Positions 25,369 through 39,003 of a DNA stretch of 64,000 nucleotides are shown piece after piece (position 1 is the stretch's first letter; each line of letters starts with the position of its first letter). The position numbers and the translations under genes were made by a program. The notes beneath the pieces were generated by a model. The model saw nothing but the letters and a program-made list of their open reading frames with translations. It had not been told where the DNA came from and did not search any database. This DNA is from Podarcis pityusensis. Its lineage: Eukaryota. The stretch is taken from NCBI GenBank assembly GCA_964106645.2, contig OZ067050.1. One strand, 5' to 3'.

Positions 25369-26192
25369 GGTTGATGACGTGAAGCAATGCATATTTTGGG
25401 TAAATCAGACCACATTATTTTGGAATTTGTGGTGCTGCGCAAAGGGAAAGCTGAGTGCTTATTATTTAGTCTTATTACATGAGGATAATGGGGAAGGGAA
25501 GCAGGCTGTGGTGGCTTCATGGGAAAGAAATGCCAAAATGCATTCAAGGTTTTGCCTTCCCATAGGCTGCAATGATCTCAGATTTAAGAGGGGCAAATCA
25601 AATCAATTGCCCAAGCACTGCAGCAGCAAAACCAAACCAGAGAGAAAGTGGCTCTCCATACAGGGGAAAGGAGTGTTATTTTGGGTTCTTGACGCAGGTA
25701 CTATCCTAATTCACCAGATCTGTGACCACAGTTGGAACCGTTGGCCTAGACAATCTCACTGGCTTCTGGAGCAGTCATTAGGAGAGACAGAGAAGGGCGT
25801 GATTCTTGCAGGAAGCAAAGCATTGAGCTTTAGAGGCATAGCAGTTCTTGTGCTTTCTTCTTCCCTGTGGTATCATAATCTTATACAGATGTTTCTCTTT
25901 ATTATTTTCCTCCTGCTCTTTCCAACTTTGTTTTGAGCACTTCCTTTCGTCAACAATATTTTCTCAGACATTCATTATCTCTCCGCTTGACTGTATTCCT
26001 TTCAAAAGACTGAAATTTTAGAGTGGTAGAATAAAGATTCTGGGTTGAAAACAAACGTTCAAATGTAGCTAAATTTCCCCCCTCTAGGTGATGGTTAAAA
26101 TAATTGGATAAAATAATGGTTAAAATAATTCTGATGTTGAACACTATTCAAACTAGCAGAGTTTACTAACTCCAGAGAAGCTGAATGAATTA

Positions 26193-26434
26193 CCGTATTT
26201 TTTGCTCTATAAGACTCACTTTTCCCTTCCTAAAAAGTAAGGGGGAAAGTGTGTGCGTCTTATGGAGCGAATGCAGGCTGCGCAGCTATCCCAGAAGCCA
26301 GAACAGCAAGAGAGATCGCTGCTTTTGCTGCGCAGCAATCCCGCTTGCTGTTCTGGCTTCTGGGATTCAGAATATTTTTTTTCTTGTTTTCCTCCTCCAA
26401 AAACTAGGTGTGTCTTATAGGGCAAAAAATACGG
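26193..26434. mobile_element. Tc1/mariner-type MITE
   Basis: TIR CCGTATTTTTTGC, TA TSD, internal palindrome. Confidence 0.85.
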
Positions 26435-26957
26435 TATTTGCATCTGTCTTCGTTGCAGAAAATGTAGGGAATGAATCCCTGTGTCTGAACCAACTTTCTC
26501 AGGAAGTGGGTCTGAGGAACTGAGGCAAATGAGTCAAACAGCAGGTACAAGGTAGCCTCCAGCCTCCACCTGAGAGTTCATAAAGAAGTGAGAAACTGCT
26601 GGTCTCCCAACAAAAATACATATCCCTAAGGTCAGTCTCCATAGCTGAGGGCTGGAAGGTGGCCAACATAACATGGTTTTTTTGAAAAAGAGATTCTGGA
26701 AATTACAGAGTGGTTAGCTTAACGTCTAACCAGGAGAACTGGCAGAAAGCTTCATTTATTTCAGTTTTTAAGTTTTATTCAGTTTGGAAGTCTTATGCTG
26801 TACAAAGGCTGAGAGCTCCCTTACAGTAATTCACTGACATGCATAGAATATAGTTTTGCATCTTAAAACAAGAAAGAAAACACAGACATTTAAATGAAAA
26901 AAAAAATGTAAATCCATCACTGAGAAAATACTGCTTGACTTGGATGGAATATAAGTA

Positions 26958-27199
26958 CAGTGGTACCTCGGGTTACATATGCTTCAGGTTACAAACACTT
27001 TGGATTACAGACTCCGCTAACCCAGAAATAGTACCTTGGGTTAAGAACTTTGCTTCAGGATGAGAACAGAAATCGTGTGGTGGCGGTGCGGCGGCAGCGG
27101 GAGGTCCCATTAGCTAAAGTGGTACCTCAGGTTAAGAACAGTTTCAGGTTAAGAACGGACCTCTGGAAAGAATTAAGTTCGTAACCAGATGTACCACTG
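26958..27199. mobile_element. Tigger/pogo-like MITE (CAGTGGTACCTC family)
   Basis: TIRs and TA TSD; same family at 35762, 42974 and 48168. Confidence 0.88.
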
Positions 27200-27562
27200 T
27201 ACTTTGTAAAAAAGGGGCATGGTCTCTGCAGGGATGTTTAACAATGTGCAGCAGCAATTTGTAAATTCCATATATAACCATTTTTAAATTCTAGATAAGT
27301 AATTAAATAGGGGAAGCAAACTACTGGCTTTTCCATTGCCGTGTGAGGAAGGGGTGGAAAAAGAAAGGGGAGGAAAGGAAGAAAAGAGAGCGTCTGGACA
27401 TGGGTGGCAAGTGGTCAGCATGTGATAAGACTGAAGACCCAAAGACACTGTGGACTTTGCAAACTATTTGTCCGTGAATACATATGTAGATGTCATGAAT
27501 AGTTCCATATAAAGTCATGTTTAGCAGGTACAATCTTCAAATGGAAACAATTGTTCATGTGT

Positions 27563-27676
27563 CATCTGAAGAAGTGGTATCTGAAGAAGTGTGCATGCAC
27601 ACGAAATCTCATACCAATAACAAACTTAGTTGGTCTCTAAGGTGCTACAGGAAGGATTTTTTAAAATTTTGTTTCA
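27563..27676 (+). mobile_element. Penelope-like element terminal fragment with hammerhead-like motif
   Basis: CTGAAGAA-GTGTGCATGCACAC-GAAA core; homologous to 39884-40044. Confidence 0.7.
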
Positions 27677-27706
27677 CATGTGTCATAATAGTCATCTAAA
27701 CGGTTC

Positions 27707-27928
27707 TTAGGTCAGATCTGTGTTTTCACTTAATGCTTTCAAGGGGCGGGTGAGTTTTTCCAGGATAGCAAAGGGTAGAACTTTCTTAAGCCAACTGTCC
27801 TCTGCGACATTTAAGATATCTTTCCAATTTTGGGCAATTGCAAGTCGAGCAGTGACAAGAGGCTTCAAAACAACCGAAGTTGGCCCTTTAAATATAGACA
27901 AGAAAAATAAAGCTGGCTCCACTTGCAA
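27707..27928 (-). mobile_element. L1 ORF2 C-terminal fragment
   Basis: TARLAIAQNWKD...WLKKV...EKLT motif. Confidence 0.7.
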
Positions 27929-27930
27929 AA

Positions 27931-27966
<36 letters not shown>
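27931..27966. repeat. (ATT)n microsatellite
   Basis: Direct observation. Confidence 0.95.
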
Positions 27967-27968
<2 letters not shown>

Positions 27969-28119
27969 TTACCTGCACTTATACCCTAATGTCTCAGGGT
28001 AGCTTACATTATCAACAATGGTACTAATTTCAGAAATTAGATGATTCCACAACAGTAACTCCAGCCTGAAAAATAAATTCTTCATTCCCAGACAGCCACA
28101 TGATACACTAAAAATGTGC

Positions 28120-28260
28120 TCATGCTGACCACATGACTCAGAAATCTGTCTCTGGACAAACGCCGGCTCCCTCGGCCTGAAAAGGGGGATGAGAGCTGTA
28201 CACTATGGTCACATGTGACTGGACTTAACTGTCCAGGGGTCTTTTACCTTTACTTTTTAC
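28120..28260 (+). mobile_element. Sauria SINE 3' fragment
   Basis: CACATGAC...CGCCGGCTCCCTCGGCC...TTTACCTTTAC. Confidence 0.75.
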
Positions 28261-31200
28261 ATGGAATCGCTGTTATTTTTTTAAACCAAAATGCCAAGAA
28301 GAAGTGGCTCCAGCATCCCTCACCAGGTAGTAATGACTGTAAAATTAACGGAAGCCAGTGTTTTATATGTTCCAGCTGAAATTCAGAAAACTGGTAGGCC
28401 TGAAGTGGAAACTTGATCGACTCCCTGCAAGCTCATAAAAAACATGTTTGTTCATCTGCTACTGGTGCCTCAGAAATCATAGCCTGTACATGAATATATT
28501 TATCTCATGTAGTTAGAAATTGTCGTTTAGGATTTGTCCATCTCTGTGGTTCCAATATGCAATATCTAGTTATGCTTTTGCTTTTTCATGAGCTGTTGCT
28601 GTTGTGGGAAGTCTGAGATCAGGGATGGGTGTGTTGTCTAACCACAAATGCCATAGCAAAGGAAACATTCCAGTTTCTTTCAGGACAAAGTGTTGCATCT
28701 ACGCACCAGAGACCTCCTGTACAGTAGACAAATACACTAGAATTACACTAGATTAAAACTAAAAAATAATGAGAGCACATCCCTCCAGAATGAGGCCACA
28801 GAGATAAGAGTATGTAATGTCTGAGTCTCCACCACTGGAGGTCCCAGGCTCAGGGAGCCCCTTGACCCCACTTCCCCGTTGATGTCCTCCAGAACATGGC
28901 TGGACTTTCCTCCAAAGAAGCAAGTCAAAGAATTAAGTCTCCTATGTAAGAAAAATCAGCGCTGCACTTAGTGATGAGAGCAAAGCCTGCTGTTGTCCCT
29001 GAGGCTGGATTTGCACCCAAGTGGTCTGTGCAACAGACAAGCCTGACCACAAAGCATGCATTCTAACAGGGGTGGCAAAATGGGAAAGTGCCTCCCTGTC
29101 CGTCAACCCTTGTCATCCCTGCTGAAGCCTCACTTACTGGGATCGCACAGCTGTGGCTTCCAGGACCTGGCGAGATCTCACTAGAACCCTACAAGAACTT
29201 GTGCACAGCCCTCCATGCAATCTCGTGGAGCTGTCACGTGAGCTCATAGGGTTCTCTCAAGATCTTGTCGAAACTCAGAAGCAGCCACAGCCACTTTTTG
29301 CTTCTCCAGCGGCTGTGGCATTGGGGGCGCCTGCAGAGGGGCCCCTTGGACTCCATTGCCTGAGGCAGCTGCTGCCTCAATCTGCCTCATGGATAGGCCG
29401 GCTCTATATTCTGATGATGAGCATTTTAATAGTTTGAACTAGAGACTGACTGACACCTATGAGCTGGACACTTCGGTTTTCCACAACTATTTTTTTCTCT
29501 CCTGCTGCAATGGAAGCAATGATTTCTAGTTTCCACAGAATGTATTGCAGGCTCAGTGGAATCTAAGTGTGACTTGACCAAAGAAACCTCCTTAGGAGGT
29601 CTATTGCTCCAAAACTGCCTATTGTGTTTTGCCTGAGCCACTGTCCACTTATTAATATTAATTGCCGTTTCATTCTCCTGCTGGCGAAAGGTTGTACAAA
29701 ACAGATATTTTGTCTGGTAGCAGGCAGGTAAGACTCAAGATGATTTGCAAATAGTTTGTTCTCGTGAATTTTGTGAACCACCCTGAGATCTACGGATGAT
29801 GGGAGGTATACAAATTTAATAAATAAGAAAACAATAAAACAATGGAATATGAGAAACCATTGACCAAAGTTACTGGGGTTGTTTTGTTAACCATATTTTG
29901 CTGTACGTTTTATTAGTTTCCTGCACTAGATTCCACAGGGACAGGCATTCCAGTCCTCACCTGGAAACTGAGTGCTGGGGGTGGAACAAAAACTAGGGAG
30001 GGAGCCTGAAGTTTGGCAGGAGAACATTGCATGGAAAGGAAGGGAGGAGCACTAAAAAAAAAATGTTGGAACATAAAAAAGGAAAAGTTATTTTTGCCAC
30101 TCTGGCTGAAAAAGAGACACAGCACTGGGCAGAGGCAGGTTTCAGGCACCCCGTTCAGAGTTTGTGAGTTGCACCATCAACATCTGCCATCTGGGCAGGA
30201 GGGCAGGGCTGTCGCACCTTCAGTGACTGGTTAGGAGAGGGAAGTCCAGCCCCGGCTGTCGGGCTGACAATAGACTTCGCTTTTTCAGGAGGAAAGCCAT
30301 AGCAAAGCCACTCCTAAAAGTGGCCAGTGTCACATTTGCAAACAAGGAGATCCCTTATTTCTTCAAGTATGCAGAACAATGTTTGGCGTTCATAGTCCTC
30401 TCCCATTTTATTTGGTCTGTTGGAATGTATATGTGACATTTAATCTGAATGGAGCCTTTCAATGAAATATATGGCCTTATAATAGTCAACATCTATTGCC
30501 AAAGGTATTTTTAAATGTTGCTAGTTAATAAGATCACTTTAAAAGCCATGACTTCCCCTAAATAAATCTGGGAAATTTTGTGCATGCACATGCATTTAAT
30601 TTGTTAAAAACCATATAACAATCTTTTTATGGAAAGCAGCCCAAAAATATCTTGATTTATTAATATCTGGAGAAACTGTACATTTAACAATCACACTCTA
30701 TTTGTAAACAGTTAAAAAGCCCCCAATGACATTCTACATCTTCAAATGCTACAGTTAGAATCATGGCAATGAAATGCGAATGTGTTTCAGCAGGTTTTTA
30801 AAAAATGTGTTTTTATCCTAGTTTAGTCTTTCACTCTCCAACTAAACAAACCTATGTAATAATACCACATGGCAAAAAAAAAGAGAAGAGAAGAGAAAGA
30901 TGATCTTAACACTTTCACAATAAAAGAATTTGCAAGAACTTTTTAAGCATTTGAAATTTATGCCACAAAATTCTGTAAGCCCAGGTTCTTGTCTATAGTC
31001 TTCATAGTAACTTTAGCTTTAAGGTTAAACACAAAGCTCTGCTCTGGAAAAATTACTTCATATCACAGAACCATAAAAGTCAATGTAAATTTTTAAAAAA
31101 TTCCTATATTTCTGCTAAAAAATTCTAAACCTACTTTAATATGCTTTTGCAGGATGAATTATTTTCTTTACAACAATGTATACAGGGCAAGTATAAATCC

Positions 31201-31543
31201 CAAACTTCCTTTTGTGCCATGCTTCTAGGCACAGGTCCAGGTTTTAAAGCTCCATCTCCAAGCATGTTGCTCTTTCGGTCCTGGCGCTTTCCCCAGGAAA
31301 ACCCGCATTTTACCACTGTTTTCCCCAGAGTGCTTTTTGCTCTGATTCAATGGTAAGACATGGGTTTTCCTGGGAAAAGTGCTGTGACAAAAAACAAAAA
31401 CAAAAAACAGGACTGATTTAAAGTACAGATCTGTGGTGGAAAGCACAGCGCAAAAGGAAGTCTGGGTTAGCCCTAAGTCACTTTTTCCAAAGAGGAATGT
31501 AACTTCCGTTCTCAGGTCCCATCCATACTACATGGGGCGGCAT

Positions 31544-32051
31544 TGTCAGGTTCTGTCAGTAGTCCAGGTTCCCAGCTTGATAACACAGTAAGCATAGGTA
31601 ATTAAAAAGGAAGATTTATTGCAAAAACAAACAGATAGCTCCAAACAACTCCAACAAAGCCTCTGGCACCGTTACTCAAGATGACCCTTCTGAAGACTAC
31701 TTCCGGGGTTGACAGATAATATTGGACTTACGACCCTTACGTCACTTGTTTTGCTTCCTATTTAGCACCCCTCCCATTCGCCGACTCTTCGGACTTAGTG
31801 CTCTAACCTCTTCCTGTTCTGAGAGGCTGTCTCTGAGACTGTTTGCTCCTTTTTGTGCTTCCTGCAAGCTTTTGCTGTGTTCTAGCCTGCTCTCAGCTAC
31901 TGTCTTATCACCCTGCCCGTTAAGGTAGGGAAGAGCTGAAGTCTGCAGCTGCTGGCTCTCTCCTGCCTGACTAACATCTAAGCCTCTCTGTTTCTGGCTG
32001 CTTTCTGCAGTTGGTTGCAAACCTTCGCTTGGAGCTGGCTCATTCCTGACC
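31544..32051 (-). mobile_element. Solo LTR (probably Gypsy-like)
   Basis: Inverted ends TGTCAGG...CCTGAC(C), TSD G(G/T)CAT, minus-strand AATAAA at 31615-31620. Confidence 0.65.
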
Positions 32052-32257
32052 GTCATCTTGAATTCCAGCAGAAATCAAGCACATCTCCCCCCCACAGGCT
32101 TCTGCCTGCAGTCTGCATCTAGCCCAGCACTCACACACTTCAGCTCATGTCTTTGTCCTTTTAACTACCAGCCTGTTGAGGGCCATTACCAAGAAGCTGT
32201 TCTGGCTAGACTAGCAATTGAATCCTTGCTGGATCCAGGAACCAGAAGGGACTCAGT

Positions 32258-32422
32258 CAGTGCTTTTTTCCTGGGGTATGCATATCCCTAAACATTTTGT
32301 GAATCTTTGTACTTTTGTCCATTTACTGTATTTATTTTTCCTGATTTGAACTATAAAATCGTGATTTTCTTGAGTCAAAATGAGAGTACCCCTAAACATT
32401 TTTTAAAGGAAAAAAAGCACTG
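32258..32422. mobile_element. hAT-type MITE
   Basis: TIR CAGTGCTTTTTT; perfect TSD GACTCAGT. Confidence 0.88.
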
Positions 32423-32559
32423 GACTCAGTAATAAAGCCTAACACCCTCTCAACTCACAACAGTATTTTATTCTGCTTTATTTATTTTATTTTTTGCAAT
32501 TACTTTTGCTAGATTGAATGAATGAATGAATAAATAGGCATATCACAGTTAATAATTTT

Positions 32560-33007
32560 TCAACTTAATTAAATTTCCTCAATACACTCAGCAGAAATGG
32601 CCATTCCACATGGTTAAACCATCTTCAAAATAGTCAATGAGATCAGTATGACTGTTTTTTTTAAAAAAAAATTTAAAATATTATTATGTATAACATTCAT
32701 AGCTCATTTTGAATATACTGGCCTACAAAGTTGTTCAAGCGAGCTGCCAGGAGGGCTGACAATATCTTTGCATCTTGGGGTGATGAGATCCCAGCTGGCA
32801 AGGATCTTTCCCCAGTTTGGCCAAAACCCCCAGTCTTGCGTCTTTCCACGAAGGTGGTGTCTGTTCTTGTTCCATGATAACATTAATTAAATGCTTAGTA
32901 AATTGTGGGACCAGTGAGCATGTTTTACAAAACTCACTCTGAAGACATGGAGCTTTGCCCCCTTTTAGTTTCTTGATAACTGTGTGTACCCTCCAAAATT
33001 GAGTCAT
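32560..33007 (-). mobile_element. Degraded L1 ORF2 fragment upstream of the RT domain
   Basis: KAP...EF.K...PPSWKDA...KLGKDP motif series. Confidence 0.7.
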
Positions 33008-33146
33008 CTAGACACTCCCTAAGAAGTTGACTGATAAGTTGTAGATTATCTCTATCAATAAACATTTGCATGTTTTGAAAGTCCAGGTTGCCAGTCAAAT
33101 GTAACCCAAGTCATCCCCTGCTCTGCGGGCCCTACAACCCCTAGAC

Positions 33147-33396
33147 CAGGCATGTCCAACTGGTCGATGTCTATGGGTGTCTGTGGTCGATTGCGTTATC
33201 CTGATCAATCCTCTCCCCCCCTCCCCGACGAAAGGTCAACAACTAGGCTTATTTCCCCCCCCAAAAAAAGTTCAACAACTTTGGCTCATCCTCTGCCCAA
33301 AAAGCTCAACAACTCAGATCTATCCAATGGGTAGATCACTGCTAGTTTATTTATAGCGGGAGTAGATCGCAGTCTCTTGGAAGTTGGACACGCCTG
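33147..33396. mobile_element. hAT-type MITE
   Basis: TIR CAGGC(A/G)TGTCCAAC; TSD CCCTAGA(C/A). Confidence 0.82.
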
Positions 33397-33537
33397 CCCT
33401 AGAACACTAGTTCTGCTCAAGAGTAGACATATTGAAATAGATTAGCATGACTAACAGGTTTGATCATTTCAATGGATCTACTCCAAGACTTATTTGAATG
33501 CCACCCCTTGAGTATAGAATTGTACCCAACTATATCT

Positions 33538-33892
33538 GGGATGCGGGTGGCACTGTGATCTAAACCACAGAGCCTAGGGCTTGCTGGTCAGAAGGTCGGC
33601 AGTTCAAATCCCCGCGAGGGGATGAGCTCCCATTGCTTGGTCCCTGCTCCTGCCAACCTAGCAGTTCGCAAGCACACCCAAAAAGTGCAAGTAGATAAAT
33701 AGGTACCGCTCCGGCGGGAAGGTAAACGGCGTTTCCGTGCGCTGTTCTGGTTCGCCAGAAGTGGCTTAGTCCTGCTGGCCACATGACCCGGAAGCTGTAC
33801 GCCAGCTCCCTTGGCCAGTAAAGCGAGATGAGCACTGCAACCCCAGAGTCGTCCGCAACTGGACTTAATGGACAGGGGTCCCTTTACCTTTT
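33538..33892 (+). mobile_element. Sauria SINE
   Basis: Full length; TSD TATATCT. Confidence 0.92.
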
Positions 33893-35599
33893 TATATCTT
33901 GAAAAGTTCACATTTTCACTCTGCACGGTCACAGCACCATTTTGTACTTGAGGAACCAGCCCCTCTCTCTACCCCAGGCCCCTTTCACTCTCTTCCGTGC
34001 TCAGTGTGTCAGCTCCTCCTCCTCCTCCTCTTTCCAAAAATGGGGGTGGGTACATACCTTTCGTACAAAGTCATGTAGATCAGCAAAGACGTCAGATTAG
34101 GTCCAGACTTTAAAAACAACTTATTTTGATCAGGGGTTACACACAATCAGCTATATGTGGGGGGTGGGGTGGGGGAGGAAAAAGCTCTATTCAGAATGCT
34201 TTAGGGTGGGGTAAAAAAAACCATATTTCTCATGGAAACAATTCTGAGGCTTATCAATGGTGCCACTGTTGCAGTGATATTTAAAACATGCATAGACTCT
34301 GACATATACACACAGTTCAGCCAGATCAAGACAATTCTTTGAGGGAGGGGAGAGAACTCGCCAGCAGCAAGTGTATAATTCTGCTAATACCACTTGGCCG
34401 TGTTTGTGAATTTAAAGTTGGGTGGTTGTTCTGAGCATCAAGTGCAATTTCAGTGTGATATCCAGAAGCGATTTGGGTTGACATCTTTGGAGGGGAATAA
34501 TATTTCTGTGCTTTTAATCTCAATATTCAACTATAAATTTAGTGGCTGAAACTTTTTGTGGTACGATACAGTGATGAAACATGAGGTGCTTCACGTTTAG
34601 AATACTTTCCCCTTATACAACAGCAAAAGACCCAATGGGGTGGTGTTGGAGAGAAAGATTTGGAAGAGAGAGTCTTACTCTCATAGCAGAGTTGGCAATT
34701 GCTTCAAGTACATTAAAACTTGGTTAGATTTTGCATCTGCCCTCATCCACCTTTAACAAGTGTTACCCACAAAAATACTTAGGCTAGAATAAATCACAAC
34801 ACTTAGCTTTGCAGAGAGAGAGAGAGAGAGAGAATGCCCCCCCCCCCCGAAATTACAGCAAACAAGTCTCCATCTGCTGGCAGTAAGACAAAAAAGAAAA
34901 AGGATCCTAACGACTTAAAAAGAAATAACTTGGATCAAGCAATCTTTGGGTTAGCCAAGATGCAGGCTAACCCAAAGACTGCATGATCCAAGGGCTTAGG
35001 TTAACCCTTTTATGCATGCATTAGGTTCATTTTCTGTTTTAATACCTCTCAAATGCTGCCCAATCCTACCAAAGCAACAATTTAATTGTGACTGGAAATG
35101 AATAGGAGGCAGAAAATTGTTGGAGAATGGGATATTGCCAAAGCCAAAGAGGAATGCCACTTCCCTGAATTTCTACCCCCTAGACTAGAGCAACAGAACA
35201 AGATACTTTAAATGTGTTGAGAGTCAGCATAGTATAATGCTTAGAAGGTTGGATTAGGCTTGGGGAATCCTGAGTTCAAATCCCAATTTATCCATTCAGT
35301 TCAGTAGCTGGGGTAGTCACTATCTGTCAGCCTTACTTGCATCACTGCATTGCTGCATGGATAAAAAAAAGAGAAAGAGAAGCTTCTTGGAGGAAGAATG
35401 GGACATAAATGTAAGAGATAAAAATGAGAGTTTTGATGGGTGCAGATTGTCACAAAGGGATGAAAAAAGTGTCTGTGAAAATATTCTCTTCACTATTGGA
35501 ACTACAAGGACACCTTAGAAAGAATTCTACAGCCTTGCAGCACGCTGAGGGGGAAATTCAAATTCAAATGTGGGTGAAGGCAGGAGCACCCAAAGTGTG

Positions 35600-36125
35600 A
35601 CCAGAGGCCTTTTTATTAGGGATAATGTCAACTGAAATCAAGAAAGAAGTAAGACCACTTTTTATGTATACAACATCTGCTGCCAGGATTCTGGTCGCAA
35701 TGAATTGGAAGAGTGAAATTACACCTACAAAGTCAGAATGGCAGGTAAAGATGACAGAATACAGTGGTACCTCGGGTTAAGAACTTAATTCGTTCCAGAG
35801 GTCCGTTCTTAACCTGAAACTGTTCTTAACCTGAAGCACCACTTTAGCTAATGGGGCCTCCCGCTGCTGCTGCACCGCCGGAGCACGATTTCTCTTCTCA
35901 TCCTGAAGCAAAGTTCTTAACCCGAGGTACTATTTCTGGGTTAGTGGAGTCTGTAACCTGAAACGTATGTAACCTGAGGTACCACTGTACATCCAATTGG
36001 CAATAATGACGGGGAGAGTTAGAAGGTACTCAGTGCAGAAGGTGAATAAAGAATGGATAGTATTTAAAGAATATTTGAAAACCTATTATGATAGCAAAAA
36101 CCCCCTGGCAGACCTTAAATGATTC
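35600..36125 (+). mobile_element. L1 ORF2 C-terminal fragment split by a MITE
   Basis: FLLGI...TTSAARILVAMNWK...EWQVKMTEY|IQLAIMTGRVR...KEWIVFKEYL. Confidence 0.8.
35762..35987. mobile_element. Tigger/pogo-like MITE
   Basis: CAGTGGTACCTC TIRs, TA TSD. Confidence 0.88.
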
Positions 36126-38207
36126 TTGTAATGTATAGACAATAAACTAAAGAATATTTCTCTGAAGGAAATTAAGGAAACAAAGTATAATAATATGATA
36201 CTGTGTAAAAAATAACAAATGAGACTTTGGTTTTTTGAGAACAATCGGAAGTTTGATTTATTCTGTTTCAGTTTAGCTGCATCAAACTAGGTGGAACATA
36301 TCAGAGGTGTGATGAGGAACAATTGTTGGAGGTCTTTACTTAATTTTTAGAAAACCATTTATGATTTGCCTATTAATATACCCAACTTTAGACAATGTTC
36401 AGTAAACCAGAAGGCATCCTTAAAACCAAGAAATACAAGTGAGAATGAAGAGTCTGATCCTGTGGGAAAGCTCTCCCTCATGTCAGCCCAACTTAAACAC
36501 TTGATTTAATGCTCTTTTGTGAAACTGCTATTCCTTTTGGGACCAGCCCTGTGGAAGTTCCTCCCGTGTCAGCCCCGCTGAGGCAGGAGCTGCCGCAATT
36601 TCCCAAAACAGTCGTGAACATTAAAAAGAAACATTGCTTTTTTATCAGAGGATGTTAACCACAAAGGGAATGCAGCCCTCAGAGGAAGAATGAGGAGCCG
36701 AGGAAGCTTCCCGGGTCGTGGTGATTGTATTGCTGTCATTTGATGGGAAATCTGAGGACAGACAAAAATATAGGAGGAGCATGAGGTCCTGGACTTAGCT
36801 GTGAGGTAGAAGAAGAGGAGCTGGAAGATGGTGGGTTCTGTAAGGAAAACATAGCAGAAGGAGTCGGATTTCAGTGCTGGGAGCCCGGCTTGGAGGCTTG
36901 CAGTGACTCACTGAGAGCCAGCCTGAGAGAGAGCTGCCTTTGTTCCACTTGGGCTGAGCGCTGGTGGGGAAGAAAGCAGATCAGCAGCCGCCTCTCTCTT
37001 CCCCAACTCCAGGCAAGCAGCTGAACCTGTCTTTGGCTGAAGACTGGCTTTTACAAAATGCTTCCCAGGTAAGAACCACCACCTTCACCCTCGCCACCCT
37101 CACATGTAGGCACTGAATTGCTTCACCTCACCTCTGGCTTCCTTCCTCTCCCTCTTTCCCAATTTTCTCCAGTCATTCCCGGGTGCCCTGGAATTTGCTC
37201 CTGCTGCTTTTGGGTTCATTGCTCCCTGCTGGTCTCCCAGCTCAGGTCATAGAAGGTAAGAACCTCCTCTTTTCCCTTCCCTAGTTCTGGGGAGAGGGGA
37301 CATTCTGAAATCTGTCTTTTTACCAGCGATGTGAGCAGGAAATGTGCATCGGCTTGGAAACGGGATGCTGAGGGCTTCTGCCAGATAACTTTATCAAGTG
37401 TTTGGAATGTCAGAAACTTACAGCTGTCATTCATTCTGGCACTTGAAGGATTACAGCAGAACTGCTCACTAAACAGAAAAAAACTCTTTTAACCTTCATT
37501 CTGGTGTCAAAAGCAGGAAGGATTGCTCTGCATGGCTCGGAGAATGCAGAACATTCCAAAAGTATGCCTGAAATGGTATAACACTTTGGTGTAAGGAATT
37601 TTTCAAAGTGTCAGTGACCTTTAGGGGCATGGTGATGTGGAGTTTTCAATACTTAATGGGTATTTTATTTCCTGTGTGTGTGCCAAACCCAGCATTTTAG
37701 GATGGGGCAGGCTGTCATCCTAATAAATAAATAAGGGTAGGCAGACAGAATGTGCCCTGCATTTGCTCTCTAAGCACCTTAAAAAAAATTACTGTGCATA
37801 TCACTAGGATTTTTCCCTAGTTAGGGAAGCTTATGGGGAGGAGGGAAGGCTATTTCTCTTCATTCTCACAGTAATCAAGGTAGGCTGGACAAAAAGAAAG
37901 AGAAACTGCCTCAGCATTGCCAGCTGTTTCACTGCTGATAAAAGATTTAAATCTGGCTCTCCCTATTCCCAGTCCCCATTAAATTGCTACCTGTCACGGG
38001 CTCTTTACAATTCTTATCCATTCTTGCAACAACTTTTTAAGTGAAGTCACTGTTCCCATTTCGCAGGCAGTGAACTAAGTCTTAGAGCAAGTCTAGGAAA
38101 CCTGTGGCCCTCCAGATGTGGGCTGCACCTCCCATCATCCCCGCCCCTTGGCAGGGCGTTGGGCTCCAGCAACATCTGGAGAACCACAAGTTGACCACCC
38201 TGACTAG

Positions 38208-38539
38208 TAAAGGTAAAGGGACCCCTGACCATTAGGTCCAGTCATGGCCGACTCTGGGGTTGCAGCGCTCATCTCACTTTATTGGCCGAGGGAGCCGGCG
38301 TACAGCTTCTGGGTCATGTGGCCAGCATGACTAAGCCGCTTCTGGCGAACCAGAGCAGCGCACGGAAACACCATTTACCTTCCCGCCAGAGCGGTACCTA
38401 TTTATCTACTTGCACTTTGACGTGCTTTCGAACTGCTAGGTTGGCAGGAGCAGGGACCATCGTGGGGATTCGAACCGCCAACCTTCTGATCGGCAGGTTC
38501 TAGGCTTTGTGGTTTAACCCACAGCGCCACCCGCGTCCC
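38208..38539 (-). mobile_element. Sauria SINE with a short internal deletion
   Basis: 17-bp TSD TTG(A/G)CCACCCTGACTAG. Confidence 0.92.
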
Positions 38540-39003
38540 TTGGCCACCCTGACTAGCCCAAACCAAATTAGGTCACATTCAAGGTTTAATTAACCAGGTA
38601 TTTCACAAAAGTAATCGATACAAGTTGTGTACTAAGCTGCAAATGTGAATCATCTGTGGACTTGGGCCTTCTCAGGGAGGCAAGCGTGGGTGTCCACAAA
38701 AATAATTCACGGAAGGCAAAGGTCTATAACTTGTGGCTACAGATTGCTGACTTTACTATTTACAGTCTTTATATGGTTGTGTTTTTTTTTGTCCATTTTA
38801 CAATAACAGGGCAAGGCACTTGAACGATATACAGTTTCAATCTCTCCACTGAACAATACTCTAGGACTCTACACCTATACCTGCTTGAATTTAACACCTT
38901 TTACACAGAAGCTGCCTTTGCTGTTCTAAGTGCCAGACATAAGGTCCAAAACCAGTCATACTCTTTTTTTGGTTGGTCTGTCTATACCATAAAGAAACAT
39001 ACA

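Noticed and set aside
25364-25936. Longest ORF in the window (190 aa)
   Set aside because: Non-ATG start, no recognisable domain or splice context; probably chance
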